Source of the DNA: Pseudomonadota bacterium | GTDB taxonomy: Bacteria > Desulfobacterota > WTBG01 > JAGOGO01 | Direction of reading: 5' to 3' | Assembly: GCA_043798555.1 (NCBI GenBank) | Contig: JAZDOO010000224.1 | Coordinates: 1-44,031, forward strand | DNA: 44,031 nucleotides | Shown: in pieces, positions 8,676 through 16,995 of the stretch | Layout: each line of letters begins with the position of its first letter | Position numbering within the stretch: position 1 is the stretch's first letter | Notes under the pieces: model-generated | Told to the model about the DNA's origin: nothing | Database searches by the model: none | Seen by the model: only the letters and a program-made list of their open reading frames with translations | Program-made: the position numbers and the translations under genes

Positions 8676-9824
8676 TCAGATTAGGGCTTCTTTCGATTGG
8701 GTCAGCCTTCGATTAAAAGTTTCTTCAAGCCTCAAAACAGCAGCTTTCTTATGGTCTGGGCTTAAATGAGCATATCGGTTAGTCATCTGGGTATTCTTAT
8801 GTCCGAGCAAGTCTCTTAGTGTAATAAGCGATTCTCCCTGCATTGCCAGCCAGCTTGCAAATGTATGCCGTAAAGAATGGAACGTTATCCTTTGCCGTGA
8901 ATCCTCTACCCCTTTATTTAATCCAAGCTTCTCTACAACCCTTCCGAACGCTCCAGATAACCACCGAATCTTCCCTCCATGTCTTCTATCTTTAAACACG
9001 TACTCATTTAACGACTCAGGAGTATAATAGTCAGAAAGTATTTCTTTAATTGCTGTGGTCATATATGCTTTTCGGGACTCCCGGTTTTTAGGGTCGGAAA
9101 TATTTATGAGTCCATTTTCCAAATCTAAATCCTGCATTTTCAGATTAAATATTTCCCCTGCCCTAACCCCGCAGTAAAGCGATAAGAATGCCATATCGTG
9201 ACTCTGTTTTGAGACTTTTCTCAATTCTGCTAACAACAAGTTAGCTTCTTCAAAACTTAAAAATCGCTGTCTTTGATTATTAAGGGTAGGAATCTTTACA
9301 CCTTTGACGGGATTCTCACCTTGATACTTACCCCACATGAGAGCTTTGTTAACCATCTGCCGAAAAAGCTTCAGACAATGGGCAGCGGTTGCACGGGAGA
9401 GCCCTTTCTGCAAGATTTCGATTTTCATTTTCTCTAAATCAAATGCTGAGATTTGATCTAATTGCTTATCATCAAAACGGTGCGAGAGGTGATTTTTGTA
9501 AAGGTTCGAATCATCATACCCATTCCGGGCCTTATTTTCTGTCGCCCATTTTAAGTATTCAGTCGCAATATCCTTAAACATGGGTATCTTTTTCTTTTTT
9601 GGGAGTTCCTCCCCATGCCTGATATTTCGCAACCGCTCAGACCGAATTTGAGAAGCCAATTTTGCAGAGTACCCTTCGCTCAGCCAGCCCGCTTTTTCCC
9701 ATTTTAACCGTCCGTTGACTCTGTAATCAATGTCGAAACAAACATCAGGTTTACCGTTATGAGTTCTCTTTTCAGAAATTCTCTCACAAACCCCTATGTA
9801 CCGAGTTCCTTTTCGTTTAGACAT
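8676..9824 (-). CDS. int: Tyrosine integrase with N-terminal arm-binding-type domain
   Basis: 382 aa. GVRAGEI (Arg I), HSLRHTFASW (H-x-x-R-H), LLGHKNTQMTNRYAHL (His...Tyr). N-terminal ~80 aa beta-rich region typical of Arm DNA-binding domains. Adjacent to attR. Confidence 0.92.
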   Translation of the reverse strand: MSKRKGTRYIGVCERISEKRTHNGKPDVCFDIDYRVNGRLKWEKAGWLSEGYSAKLASQIRSERLRNIRHGEELPKKKKIPMFKDIATEYLKWATENKARNGYDDSNLYKNHLSHRFDDKQLDQISAFDLEKMKIEILQKGLSRATAAHCLKLFRQMVNKALMWGKYQGENPVKGVKIPTLNNQRQRFLSFEEANLLLAELRKVSKQSHDMAFLSLYCGVRAGEIFNLKMQDLDLENGLINISDPKNRESRKAYMTTAIKEILSDYYTPESLNEYVFKDRRHGGKIRWLSGAFGRVVEKLGLNKGVEDSRQRITFHSLRHTFASWLAMQGESLITLRDLLGHKNTQMTNRYAHLSPDHKKAAVLRLEETFNRRLTQSKEALI

Positions 9825-9928
9825 TATTACACCACCTCACTTTTGACTTGATTTAAATTTTTGTTTAAGATAAGTAATTGTAAATTTTTCATACAAATAA
9901 GCGCTATTTGTTCACTTTAATTAATCAC

Positions 9929-9950
9929 TTTTTGCTAACTTATTGCTAAC
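9929..9950. repeat. Second copy of the 22-bp GCTAAC repeat (candidate arm-type site, P side), centred in an imperfect palindrome 9911-9975
   Basis: Identical to 310-331. Flanked by GTTCACTTTA (9911-9920) and TAAAGTGAAC (9966-9975), and by ATCAC/GTGAT. Confidence 0.7.
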
Positions 9951-10074
9951 GTTTTCTGTGATATAAAGTGAACGTTGTTGAAGATAGACAAATCTATAAA
10001 TTGTATAAGTAGTTTAAATTAAATGATTTATAATGTCAAGTGATTTTTAGTGAATAATGATAAAGGATGGGCTA

Positions 10075-10123
10075 AACTGACTCTTAATCAGTAGGCTTGG
10101 GGTTCGAGCCCCCGACGGCCCAT
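10075..10123. repeat. attR: displaced 3' fragment of tRNA-Lys
   Basis: 49/49 identity with 193-241. The preceding sequence (GATGGGCTA) has no acceptor or D-arm, so this is not a functional tRNA. Confidence 0.88.
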
Positions 10124-10169
10124 CGTTTTTATTATTGGTAGGCTCCGTTCACTTTCTTAAGGCTTTTTT

Positions 10170-10249
10170 GCGAGAGTGGCGGAATTGGCAGACGCACTGG
10201 ATTTAGGATCCAGCGGGAAACCGTGGGGGTTCAAATCCCCCCTCTCGCA
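10170..10249 (+). tRNA. tRNA-Leu (anticodon TAG)
   Basis: Acceptor GCGAGAG/CTCTCGC. Anticodon stem-loop CTGGA-TTTAGGA-TCCAG. Long variable arm GCGGGAAACCGT. T-arm GGGGGTTCAAATCCCCC. Confidence 0.9.
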
Positions 10250-10286
10250 TTTAAACCCATAACCTTTTTTAAAAAGAAAGGAAGAA

Positions 10287-11591
10287 ATGGACCTTCAGAT
10301 CACTGTCAATGACCTTAGCACCGTTGAAAAACAAATCCAGGTGACCATCCCCGCGAATATGATTGACCAGGAACTGGATAAATATTATGGAAATCTTCGC
10401 AAGTCAGTAAAAATTAAGGGGTTTCGTCCTGGAAAAGTCCCGCGTTCGCTCTTGGAACGATTTTACGGGAAACAAGCGAATACCGAGGTACTCACTAATC
10501 TTATCAATGAAACGTTTAAGGATGCCATTAAAGAGAAAAACCTTCATCCGGTTTCTCAACCCATTGTTAATAACGATAAATTTGAAAAAAGCAAGGATTT
10601 TACCTATACCGCCAGAGTGGAAGTGCCTCCAAACATAGAATTAAAAGGTGACTACCTGGGATTGGAAATGGAACAGGAAACAATCCAGGTTACGGAAGAT
10701 GATGTGGATAAGCACTTAGAAGAAATGCGTAATTTCCATGCCCAACTCAAGGCAGTGGAGCCTGACCGTCCCATTCACGCGGGTGATTTTGTCGTTCTCG
10801 ACCTTACCACTTATATCGAAGGTATCCCCCTTAAGGGAGGTATCGTTAAGGATAAATTAATAGAAATTAAGCCGGAAGCATTTTTTCCCGGATTTACAAA
10901 CCAGTTAATCGGCTTAAGGCGAGAAGCAACCCGTGAAATCACCATTACCCTTCCTGAAGACTATAAAGAAAAGGAACTGGCAGGGAAAAACATCACCTTT
11001 CACGTCACCATAAAAGAAATAAAAGAAAAAATCATCCCTTCCCTTGATGATAATTTTGCGCGGGACATGGGAGAATTCGAAACCTTGTCAGAACTTAGGG
11101 AGCAGGTGAGGAAAGAGATAACCGCTCGGGAGGAGCAACGGGTCCGATCTATTCTTTACACTAACCTGGTTCAAAAAATCGTTGAAAACAACCCCTTTGA
11201 AGTCCCCCCTTCCCTAATCGAAAAACAAGCTGCCTACTTGATTTCTGAAGCTCGATCCCGTTTGATAAAACAGGGGATTCAGATTGATTCCTCAACCACC
11301 GCCGTAAACCGCGAGTTAAGCGAAGCATATCGGCCTATTGCTGAACTCCAGGTGAAGCGTTCTTTCATCCTTGAAGAAATTGCTAAAAAAGAGGGTATAG
11401 CAGTGCCACCGTCAGAGATCAAAGAATATCTTGATAAGGTAGCTGCAGCCACCGGTCAGAATGTGCATGCAATTCCTGATCTCGAGGAGCGAGAAGAAGC
11501 CAAAAAGCATATTGCCTCCAGGTTATTAGAGGAAAAGACCCTTGCTTTTTTAACAGAAAGGGCTAATATTACAGTAGTAGCGAAAAAATAA
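10287..11591 (+). CDS. tig: Trigger factor
   Basis: 434 aa. N-terminal ribosome-binding signature GFRPGKVP. Gene order tig-clpP-clpX-lon. Confidence 0.95.
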   Translation: MDLQITVNDLSTVEKQIQVTIPANMIDQELDKYYGNLRKSVKIKGFRPGKVPRSLLERFYGKQANTEVLTNLINETFKDAIKEKNLHPVSQPIVNNDKFEKSKDFTYTARVEVPPNIELKGDYLGLEMEQETIQVTEDDVDKHLEEMRNFHAQLKAVEPDRPIHAGDFVVLDLTTYIEGIPLKGGIVKDKLIEIKPEAFFPGFTNQLIGLRREATREITITLPEDYKEKELAGKNITFHVTIKEIKEKIIPSLDDNFARDMGEFETLSELREQVRKEITAREEQRVRSILYTNLVQKIVENNPFEVPPSLIEKQAAYLISEARSRLIKQGIQIDSSTTAVNRELSEAYRPIAELQVKRSFILEEIAKKEGIAVPPSEIKEYLDKVAAATGQNVHAIPDLEEREEAKKHIASRLLEEKTLAFLTERANITVVAKK

Positions 11592-11621
11592 AAACCCTGA
11601 AAAAGGAGGTCTGAATTTCTG

Positions 11622-12233
11622 ATGTTAATTCCCATTGTTATTGAACAGACGAGCCGTGGTGAACGTGCATATGATATTTATTCACGTTTGTTAAAAGATC
11701 GCATTATCATGCTCGGTACTCCCATTGATGATGCAATTGCCAACTTAGTGATCGCCCAGATGCTTTTTCTCGAATCCGAGGATCCAGATAAAGATCTTTA
11801 CCTTTATCTCAATACCCCTGGGGGTCATGTTACTGCTGGGCTTGCCATTTATGATACCATCCAGTACATAAAACCGAATGTGTGCACCATTTGTATTGGG
11901 CAGGCAGCGAGTATGGGGGCGTTACTCCTTGCTGCTGGTGCTTCCGGGAAGCGCTTCGCCCTCCCTCACTCCCGAATTTTAATCCATCAACCCATGGGGG
12001 AATTCCAGGGACAGGCCTCAGACATAGACATTCACGCCCGGGAAATCCTTCGAATGAGGGAAGAGCTTGATAAAATCATGACTAAGCATACCAAACAACC
12101 ATTTGATAAAATTCGACGGGATACTGAGCGGGATTTCTTTATGACCGGCGAGGAAGCTAAAAAGTACGGCATTGTTGATGAAGTGATCGAAAAAAATCCT
12201 CATCGCGAGGTGGATCTTAAAACCATTAAATAA
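11622..12233 (+). CDS. clpP: ATP-dependent Clp protease proteolytic subunit
   Basis: Near-canonical ClpP sequence ([24 protein letters not shown] active-site Ser, IHQP). Confidence 0.97.
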   Translation: MLIPIVIEQTSRGERAYDIYSRLLKDRIIMLGTPIDDAIANLVIAQMLFLESEDPDKDLYLYLNTPGGHVTAGLAIYDTIQYIKPNVCTICIGQAASMGALLLAAGASGKRFALPHSRILIHQPMGEFQGQASDIDIHAREILRMREELDKIMTKHTKQPFDKIRRDTERDFFMTGEEAKKYGIVDEVIEKNPHREVDLKTIK

Positions 12234-12247
12234 AGGAGAGCGCATCA

Positions 12248-13501
12248 GTGAGTAAAAAAAACTCAGATAAGTACAATAATCTCTTTTGTTCCTTTTGCGG
12301 AAAAAGTCAAGAAGAGGTGAAAAAGCTTATTGCTGGCCCCTCCGTATATATCTGTGATGAATGCATCGAGCTCTGCAATGATATCATTGCCGAGGAGTAT
12401 GAAAGGGAAGACACTGCCCGAAGAAAAACAAAGATTCTCAAACCCGTGGAAATAAAGCAAGCTCTGGACGAATACGTTATTGGCCAGGAGCGCGCGAAAA
12501 GAATTCTTTCAGTTGCGGTTCACAACCATTATAAACGAATTGAAGCCCGGCACTCAGCGGACGATGTCGAGTTGCAAAAAAGCAATATCCTCCTGGTTGG
12601 CCCCACTGGTACGGGAAAAACCCTGTTAGCCCAGACCCTGGCCCGTATCCTGAATGTCCCTTTTACCATCGCTGATGCCACTACTCTTACCGAAGCTGGA
12701 TACGTAGGCGAAGATGTGGAAAATATCATTTTAAGCTTACTTCAGGTGGCAGATTATGACATTGAACGCGCATCAAAAGGAATTATTTACATTGATGAAA
12801 TTGATAAAATTTCCCGAAAAACTGATTCGCCTTCCATTACCCGAGATGTATCAGGCGAAGGGGTACAACAAGCCCTTTTGAAAATTATTGAAGGCACCAC
12901 CGCCAATGTTCCCCCAAAAGGGGGGAGAAAACATCCCCAACAGGAATTTCTTCAGGTGGATACCACGAACATTCTATTCATTTGCGGAGGCACCTTTAAC
13001 GGTATTGAAGCGATTATCGAAAAACGCCTCGGCCAAAATGTCATGGGGTTTACTGGCAACATTAAAAGTAAGAAAAACAGAAACATTTCTGCCCTTCTGG
13101 CCGCAGTTCAACCCGAGGATCTGCTTAAATTTGGACTTATCCCTGAGCTTATCGGCCGTTTACCGGTAATTGCCACCTTAGAAGAACTTTCCGAAGAGGC
13201 ACTGGTTGATATTTTAGTGGAACCGAAGAATGCATTGGTAAAACAGTACCAGAAATTATTTTCCTTTGAAAATGTGAAACTTCGTTTTACCGAGGGAGGA
13301 CTCAGAGCCATTGCCAAGGTAGCCATTAAGCGCAAATCCGGCGCTCGCGGGTTAAGGGCCATTATAGAAGATATCATGCTTGAAATCATGTATGAAACTC
13401 CTTCGCAGCCGAGCATCAAGGAGTGCATTATCGGTGAAGATGTAGTGTTAAAAAATGAAAAGCCGCTGATTCTTTACGAGAAAGAAATCAAATCTGCATA
13501 A
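12248..13501 (+). CDS. clpX: ATP-dependent Clp protease ATP-binding subunit ClpX
   Basis: GTG start with AAGGAGAG RBS. N-terminal zinc motif CSFCGK...CDEC. Walker A GPTGTGKT. Confidence 0.97.
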   Translation: MSKKNSDKYNNLFCSFCGKSQEEVKKLIAGPSVYICDECIELCNDIIAEEYEREDTARRKTKILKPVEIKQALDEYVIGQERAKRILSVAVHNHYKRIEARHSADDVELQKSNILLVGPTGTGKTLLAQTLARILNVPFTIADATTLTEAGYVGEDVENIILSLLQVADYDIERASKGIIYIDEIDKISRKTDSPSITRDVSGEGVQQALLKIIEGTTANVPPKGGRKHPQQEFLQVDTTNILFICGGTFNGIEAIIEKRLGQNVMGFTGNIKSKKNRNISALLAAVQPEDLLKFGLIPELIGRLPVIATLEELSEEALVDILVEPKNALVKQYQKLFSFENVKLRFTEGGLRAIAKVAIKRKSGARGLRAIIEDIMLEIMYETPSQPSIKECIIGEDVVLKNEKPLILYEKEIKSA

Positions 13502-13518
13502 CCCTCACGGAAAAAAAG

Positions 13519-15966
13519 ATGATTTTCAAGACCTCAAAGGAACAACTCCTCAATTTCATGCGCGAAAAAGATAAACTCTATCCGCTTTTGCCCTTGAGAG
13601 ATATTGTGCTTTTTCCGCATATGGTTGTTCCCCTTTTTGTTGGTCGCACCAAGTCCATCAGGGCATTAGAGGAAGCCCTTAGGAAAGATAGGTTTATTTT
13701 CATGGCATCCCAGAAAAAGGCCAAGGATGATAATCCGGTTGAGGACGACATCCATAAGGTAGGAACAATAGGAACTGTTCTCCAGCTTCTCCGCCTCCCC
13801 GATGGAGGGGTAAAAGCTTTAATCGAAGGAAAATATCGGGGAGCCATAAGGGAGTACCTTCCCAGTCCTGATTACTTTCAGGTTCTCGTAAGAGAACTAA
13901 ATGACCCATGCGAGATCACTGCCGAGATTGAAGCACTCATGCGGAGCGTTCATTCGACCTTTGAAACTTACGTGAAATTGAATAAAAAGGTTCCTCCGGA
14001 AATGTTGGTTTCCGTGAGCTCCATTGACGACCCAGCCCGACTGACGGATACGATTGCGGCCCATTTAACCATAAAATTAGAAGACAAACAAAAACTCCTG
14101 GAAATCGAAGACCCAAAAGAAAGGTTGGAACAGCTCTATAGTTACATGGAGGCCGAAATCGAAATTCTTGCGATTGAGAAAAGAATCCGCAATCGGGTCA
14201 AGAAACAGATGGAGAAGACCCAGAAAGAATATTATCTTACCGAACAAATGCGGGCCATTCAAAAAGAAATGGGGGAAAAGGATGATGTTACTTCCGAGTT
14301 AAAGGAACTGGAAGAGCAAATAAAAAAGAAAAAAATGTCCCCTGAAGCTACTGAGAAGGTAAAGAACGAGTTCAAAAAATTAAAAATGATGCCTCCCATG
14401 TCGGCTGAAGTTACCGTGGTGAGAAACTACATTGACTGGATACTTTCTCTGCCCTGGTACGAAAAAACGGAAACAAAACTTGATATTGAGAAAGCACAAC
14501 GCATTCTCGATGAAGATCATTACGGACTCAAAGAACCAAAGGAACGAATTTTGGAATACTTAGCGGTTCAAAGTCTGGTAGAAAAAATTAAGGGACCAAT
14601 CCTTTGTTTTGTTGGCCCACCGGGAGTGGGAAAAACTTCCCTTGCCAAATCCATCGCTCGGGCAACGGGGCGAAATTTTGTCCGCCTTTCCTTAGGCGGG
14701 GTAAGGGATGAAGCAGAAATACGAGGCCACCGGAGAACCTACATTGGAGCCCTCCCGGGGAAGATCCTTCAGCACTTGAAAAAAGCCGGGTCCAATAATC
14801 CGGTTTTTCTCCTGGATGAAGTGGATAAAATGAGCACTGATTTTAGGGGAGATCCTTCGGCCGCTTTGTTGGAGGTTTTAGACCCAGAACAAAATCATAC
14901 TTTCAATGACCATTACATTGATATAGATTATGACCTATCCGAAGTGATGTTCATAACCACAGCGAATACCTTGCCCGGCATTCTTCCTCCCCTCCAGGAT
15001 CGAATGGAAATCATCCGTTTATCGGGATACACTGAAGACGAAAAGCTGAGTATCGCGCGACTCTTTCTTGTTCCCAAGCAGATCAAGACCAATGGTCTGA
15101 CTGAACACAACATCGGCTTTTCAGACAAAGCCATCCTTAGCATTATTCGGAGGTATACGCGCGAGGCTGGGGTTCGTAATTTAGAGCGGGAGATAGCCGC
15201 AGTGTGCCGGAAAGTAGCCAAAGAAGTGGTTCGGAAAGGAAAAGCCACTTCTCTCCACATTACTACCCAAAATATATCAAAATTTTTGGGGGTCTATAAG
15301 TTTCGCTACGGCACGGCAGAGGATAAAGACGAGATTGGCATGGCCACTGGATTAGCCTGGACCGAGGCCGGAGGAGAGCTTCTCGCCATCGAGGCGACCA
15401 TCGTTCCGGGAAAAGGGAAACTGGCCCTTACAGGTAAACTGGGAGACGTGATGCAGGAATCTGCCCAGGCAGCCTTGACCTATGTTCGGTCCCGCGGGGA
15501 ACGACTGGGGTTGGCTAAGGACTTCTTCCAGAATATTGATATTCATATTCACGTCCCCGAAGGAGCCATCCCCAAAGATGGCCCTTCTGCCGGCATTGCC
15601 ATGGTTACCTCTTTGGCTTCAGCTCTGATCAAAAGACCAGTGTGCAAAGATATTGCCATGACCGGAGAAATTACCCTTCGAGGAAAGGTGCTCCCCATTG
15701 GAGGGCTGAAGGAGAAACTTATCGCTGCCCACCGCGGCAATGTTTCTACCGTAATCATACCCCGGGACAATGAAAAAGACCTTAAGGAAATCCCCCCCCG
15801 GATACTAAATGACCTTACTATAATTTTGGTGGAACATGTTGATGAGGTACTCCGGCGGGCACTCATTCTGGATGACCCGGAGAGCTTATTAAGAGAAAAA
15901 ATTGAAAGCGCTCAGGAATTTTTCCAGCCCTCTCAAGAGGCCGCTGGAGAAATGGTAACTCATTAG
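13519..15966 (+). CDS. lon: Lon protease (LonA)
   Basis: 815 aa. Lon N-domain [12 protein letters not shown]. Walker [10 protein letters not shown]. Protease Ser motif PKDGPSAG. Confidence 0.97.
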   Translation: MIFKTSKEQLLNFMREKDKLYPLLPLRDIVLFPHMVVPLFVGRTKSIRALEEALRKDRFIFMASQKKAKDDNPVEDDIHKVGTIGTVLQLLRLPDGGVKALIEGKYRGAIREYLPSPDYFQVLVRELNDPCEITAEIEALMRSVHSTFETYVKLNKKVPPEMLVSVSSIDDPARLTDTIAAHLTIKLEDKQKLLEIEDPKERLEQLYSYMEAEIEILAIEKRIRNRVKKQMEKTQKEYYLTEQMRAIQKEMGEKDDVTSELKELEEQIKKKKMSPEATEKVKNEFKKLKMMPPMSAEVTVVRNYIDWILSLPWYEKTETKLDIEKAQRILDEDHYGLKEPKERILEYLAVQSLVEKIKGPILCFVGPPGVGKTSLAKSIARATGRNFVRLSLGGVRDEAEIRGHRRTYIGALPGKILQHLKKAGSNNPVFLLDEVDKMSTDFRGDPSAALLEVLDPEQNHTFNDHYIDIDYDLSEVMFITTANTLPGILPPLQDRMEIIRLSGYTEDEKLSIARLFLVPKQIKTNGLTEHNIGFSDKAILSIIRRYTREAGVRNLEREIAAVCRKVAKEVVRKGKATSLHITTQNISKFLGVYKFRYGTAEDKDEIGMATGLAWTEAGGELLAIEATIVPGKGKLALTGKLGDVMQESAQAALTYVRSRGERLGLAKDFFQNIDIHIHVPEGAIPKDGPSAGIAMVTSLASALIKRPVCKDIAMTGEITLRGKVLPIGGLKEKLIAAHRGNVSTVIIPRDNEKDLKEIPPRILNDLTIILVEHVDEVLRRALILDDPESLLREKIESAQEFFQPSQEAAGEMVTH

Positions 15967-15988
15967 TATATGAAATAACTATATGTAT

Positions 15989-16061
15989 GGGCGGATAGCT
16001 CAGGTGGGAGAGCGCCGGCCTTACAAGCCGGAGGTCGTAGGTTCAAATCCTGCTCCGCCTA
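15989..16061 (+). tRNA. tRNA-Val (anticodon TAC)
   Basis: Acceptor GGGCGGA/TCCGCCT. Anticodon stem-loop CCGGC-CTTACAA-GCCGG. T-arm GTAGGTTCAAATCCTGC. Confidence 0.9.
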
Positions 16062-16073
16062 TTGCAGTAATGT

Positions 16074-16107
16074 AAAGGCCTTTGAAGAAAATTCTAAGGC
16101 CTTTTTT
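16074..16107 (+). terminator. Rho-independent terminator after lon/tRNA-Val
   Basis: AAAGGCC (16074-16080) pairs with GGCCTTT (16098-16104), followed by a T-run to 16107. Confidence 0.6.
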
Positions 16108-16124
16108 AATGTAACAAAATGAAT

Positions 16125-16665
16125 TAAACAACCTTCGACTACAAGTCGAGGGGTTTTACGAGGGGTCGATTTCAAATCGACTGTCATCCGCAATCGATTC
16201 GCCCTCTTGCTCTTCTTGAATGTATTGTTGGATCATCTCATCCGTAATATTGCCCTAACTGACGGCAAGATAGCCACGCGCCCAGAAATGCTTGCCCCAA
16301 AATTGCTTCCTCAGATGCGAAAACTCTGAAAGCAGTATGCGGGAGCTGATCCCCTTTAGCCACTGCATGATCTTGCTGACATCTTGTGTAGGACGATAGG
16401 AAACAAAGAGATGGACGTGATCGCTCGACACTTTTCCCGATATGATGTCAATCTCATGCTCCAGGGCAATCTGACGAATGATGTCACGGGCCCGTATCGC
16501 CACCTGTCCCGTCAAAACGCGTTTCCTGTATTTCGGAATCCAGACCAGGTGGATTTTAAGATCTGTTTTGGTGTGAGCACCAAGCTGGTAACGTCGCATA
16601 GCGACAGATTATAATCTTTTCTTCGCCTGAAGGCGAGGGATTTCAACCATCCCCGAAAGGGACAT
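16125..16665 (-). mobile_element. IS200/IS605-family insertion sequence (tnpA-only, ~540 bp) with subterminal hairpins
   Basis: Y1 HUH transposase ORF. Hairpins at 16132-16153 and 16165-16181 at one end, and CTTCGCC-TGAA-GGCGAGG plus TCCC-CGAAA-GGGA (16621-16665) at the other. Both ends recur at 43653-43867. Confidence 0.8.
16156..16599 (-). pseudogene. tnpA: IS200-type Y1 transposase TnpA with in-frame TAG at codon 115 (16255-16257)
   Basis: HLVWIPKYRKRVL and the HUH motif DHVHLFV are present. The ORF stops after ...WARGYLAVS. The same frame continues GNITDEMIQQYIQEEQEGESIADDSRFEIDPS to a TAA at 16156-16158. The Tyr in MIQQYI sits 63 residues after the second His of HUH, where the catalytic Tyr is expected. 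Confidence 0.8.
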
Positions 16666-16947
16666 TTACCCCCCCACTGCGGGGGGCATAAAATAGACTA
16701 CGGTTCCGTCCTGTAGGGAAGTATTCATCCCTTCTAAGAAGCGGTGGTCTTTATTGCCTACAATAATCATAATCGGGAATTTAGCCGACTCTCTCGGCCG
16801 AAGTTCCATCTCTTTTTCTTTTCCATACATCTCACCGATCCTGGTAATCAAGTTATCAAGGGTGCTTTGATCGGGTAACTCCACCTCAAATTCTTTCTGA
16901 TTGAAAAGGTCTTGGAGGTGACCGTAAATCTTAACTTTTACTTTCAC
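16666..16947 (-). CDS. MoaD/ThiS-family ubiquitin-like sulfur-carrier protein
   Basis: 93 aa. MKVKVKIYG start (GTG). C-terminal ...PPAVGG di-glycine. Directly downstream of an AOR gene, as in the AOR-associated MoaD-like genes I recall from other operons. Confidence 0.7.
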   Translation of the reverse strand: MKVKVKIYGHLQDLFNQKEFEVELPDQSTLDNLITRIGEMYGKEKEMELRPRESAKFPIMIIVGNKDHRFLEGMNTSLQDGTVVYFMPPAVGG

Positions 16948-16995
16948 TGTTTTGAATATGGATTACCCATCAAGTGCGGAATGACATTAAACATT

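Larger units (their letters stand above)
193..10123. mobile_element. tRNA-Lys-integrated genomic island / integrative element (~9.9 kb)
   Basis: Perfect 49-bp att repeats, integrase plus excisionase-like HTH plus Rep-like genes, visibly higher AT content. It interrupts an otherwise contiguous tRNA cluster. Confidence 0.85.

Noticed and set aside
12018-15866. Numerous 60-110-aa ORFs antisense to or overlapping clpP, clpX and lon (for example 13108-13428, 14928-15260, 15549-15866). Similar shadow ORFs lie inside the AOR, the CrtI-family gene at 19022-20644, DUF1302/1329, RND and Mo-enzyme genes.
   Set aside because: They lie entirely within strongly supported genes, lack RBSs and have low-complexity, Arg/Ser/Pro-rich composition typical of antisense frames.
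16255-16257. The in-frame TAG in tnpA read as pyrrolysine or as programmed read-through.
   Set aside because: Nothing in this window indicates Pyl machinery, and I saw no downstream recoding structure. A simple nonsense mutation is the most economical explanation. It stays a checkable alternative in the finding.
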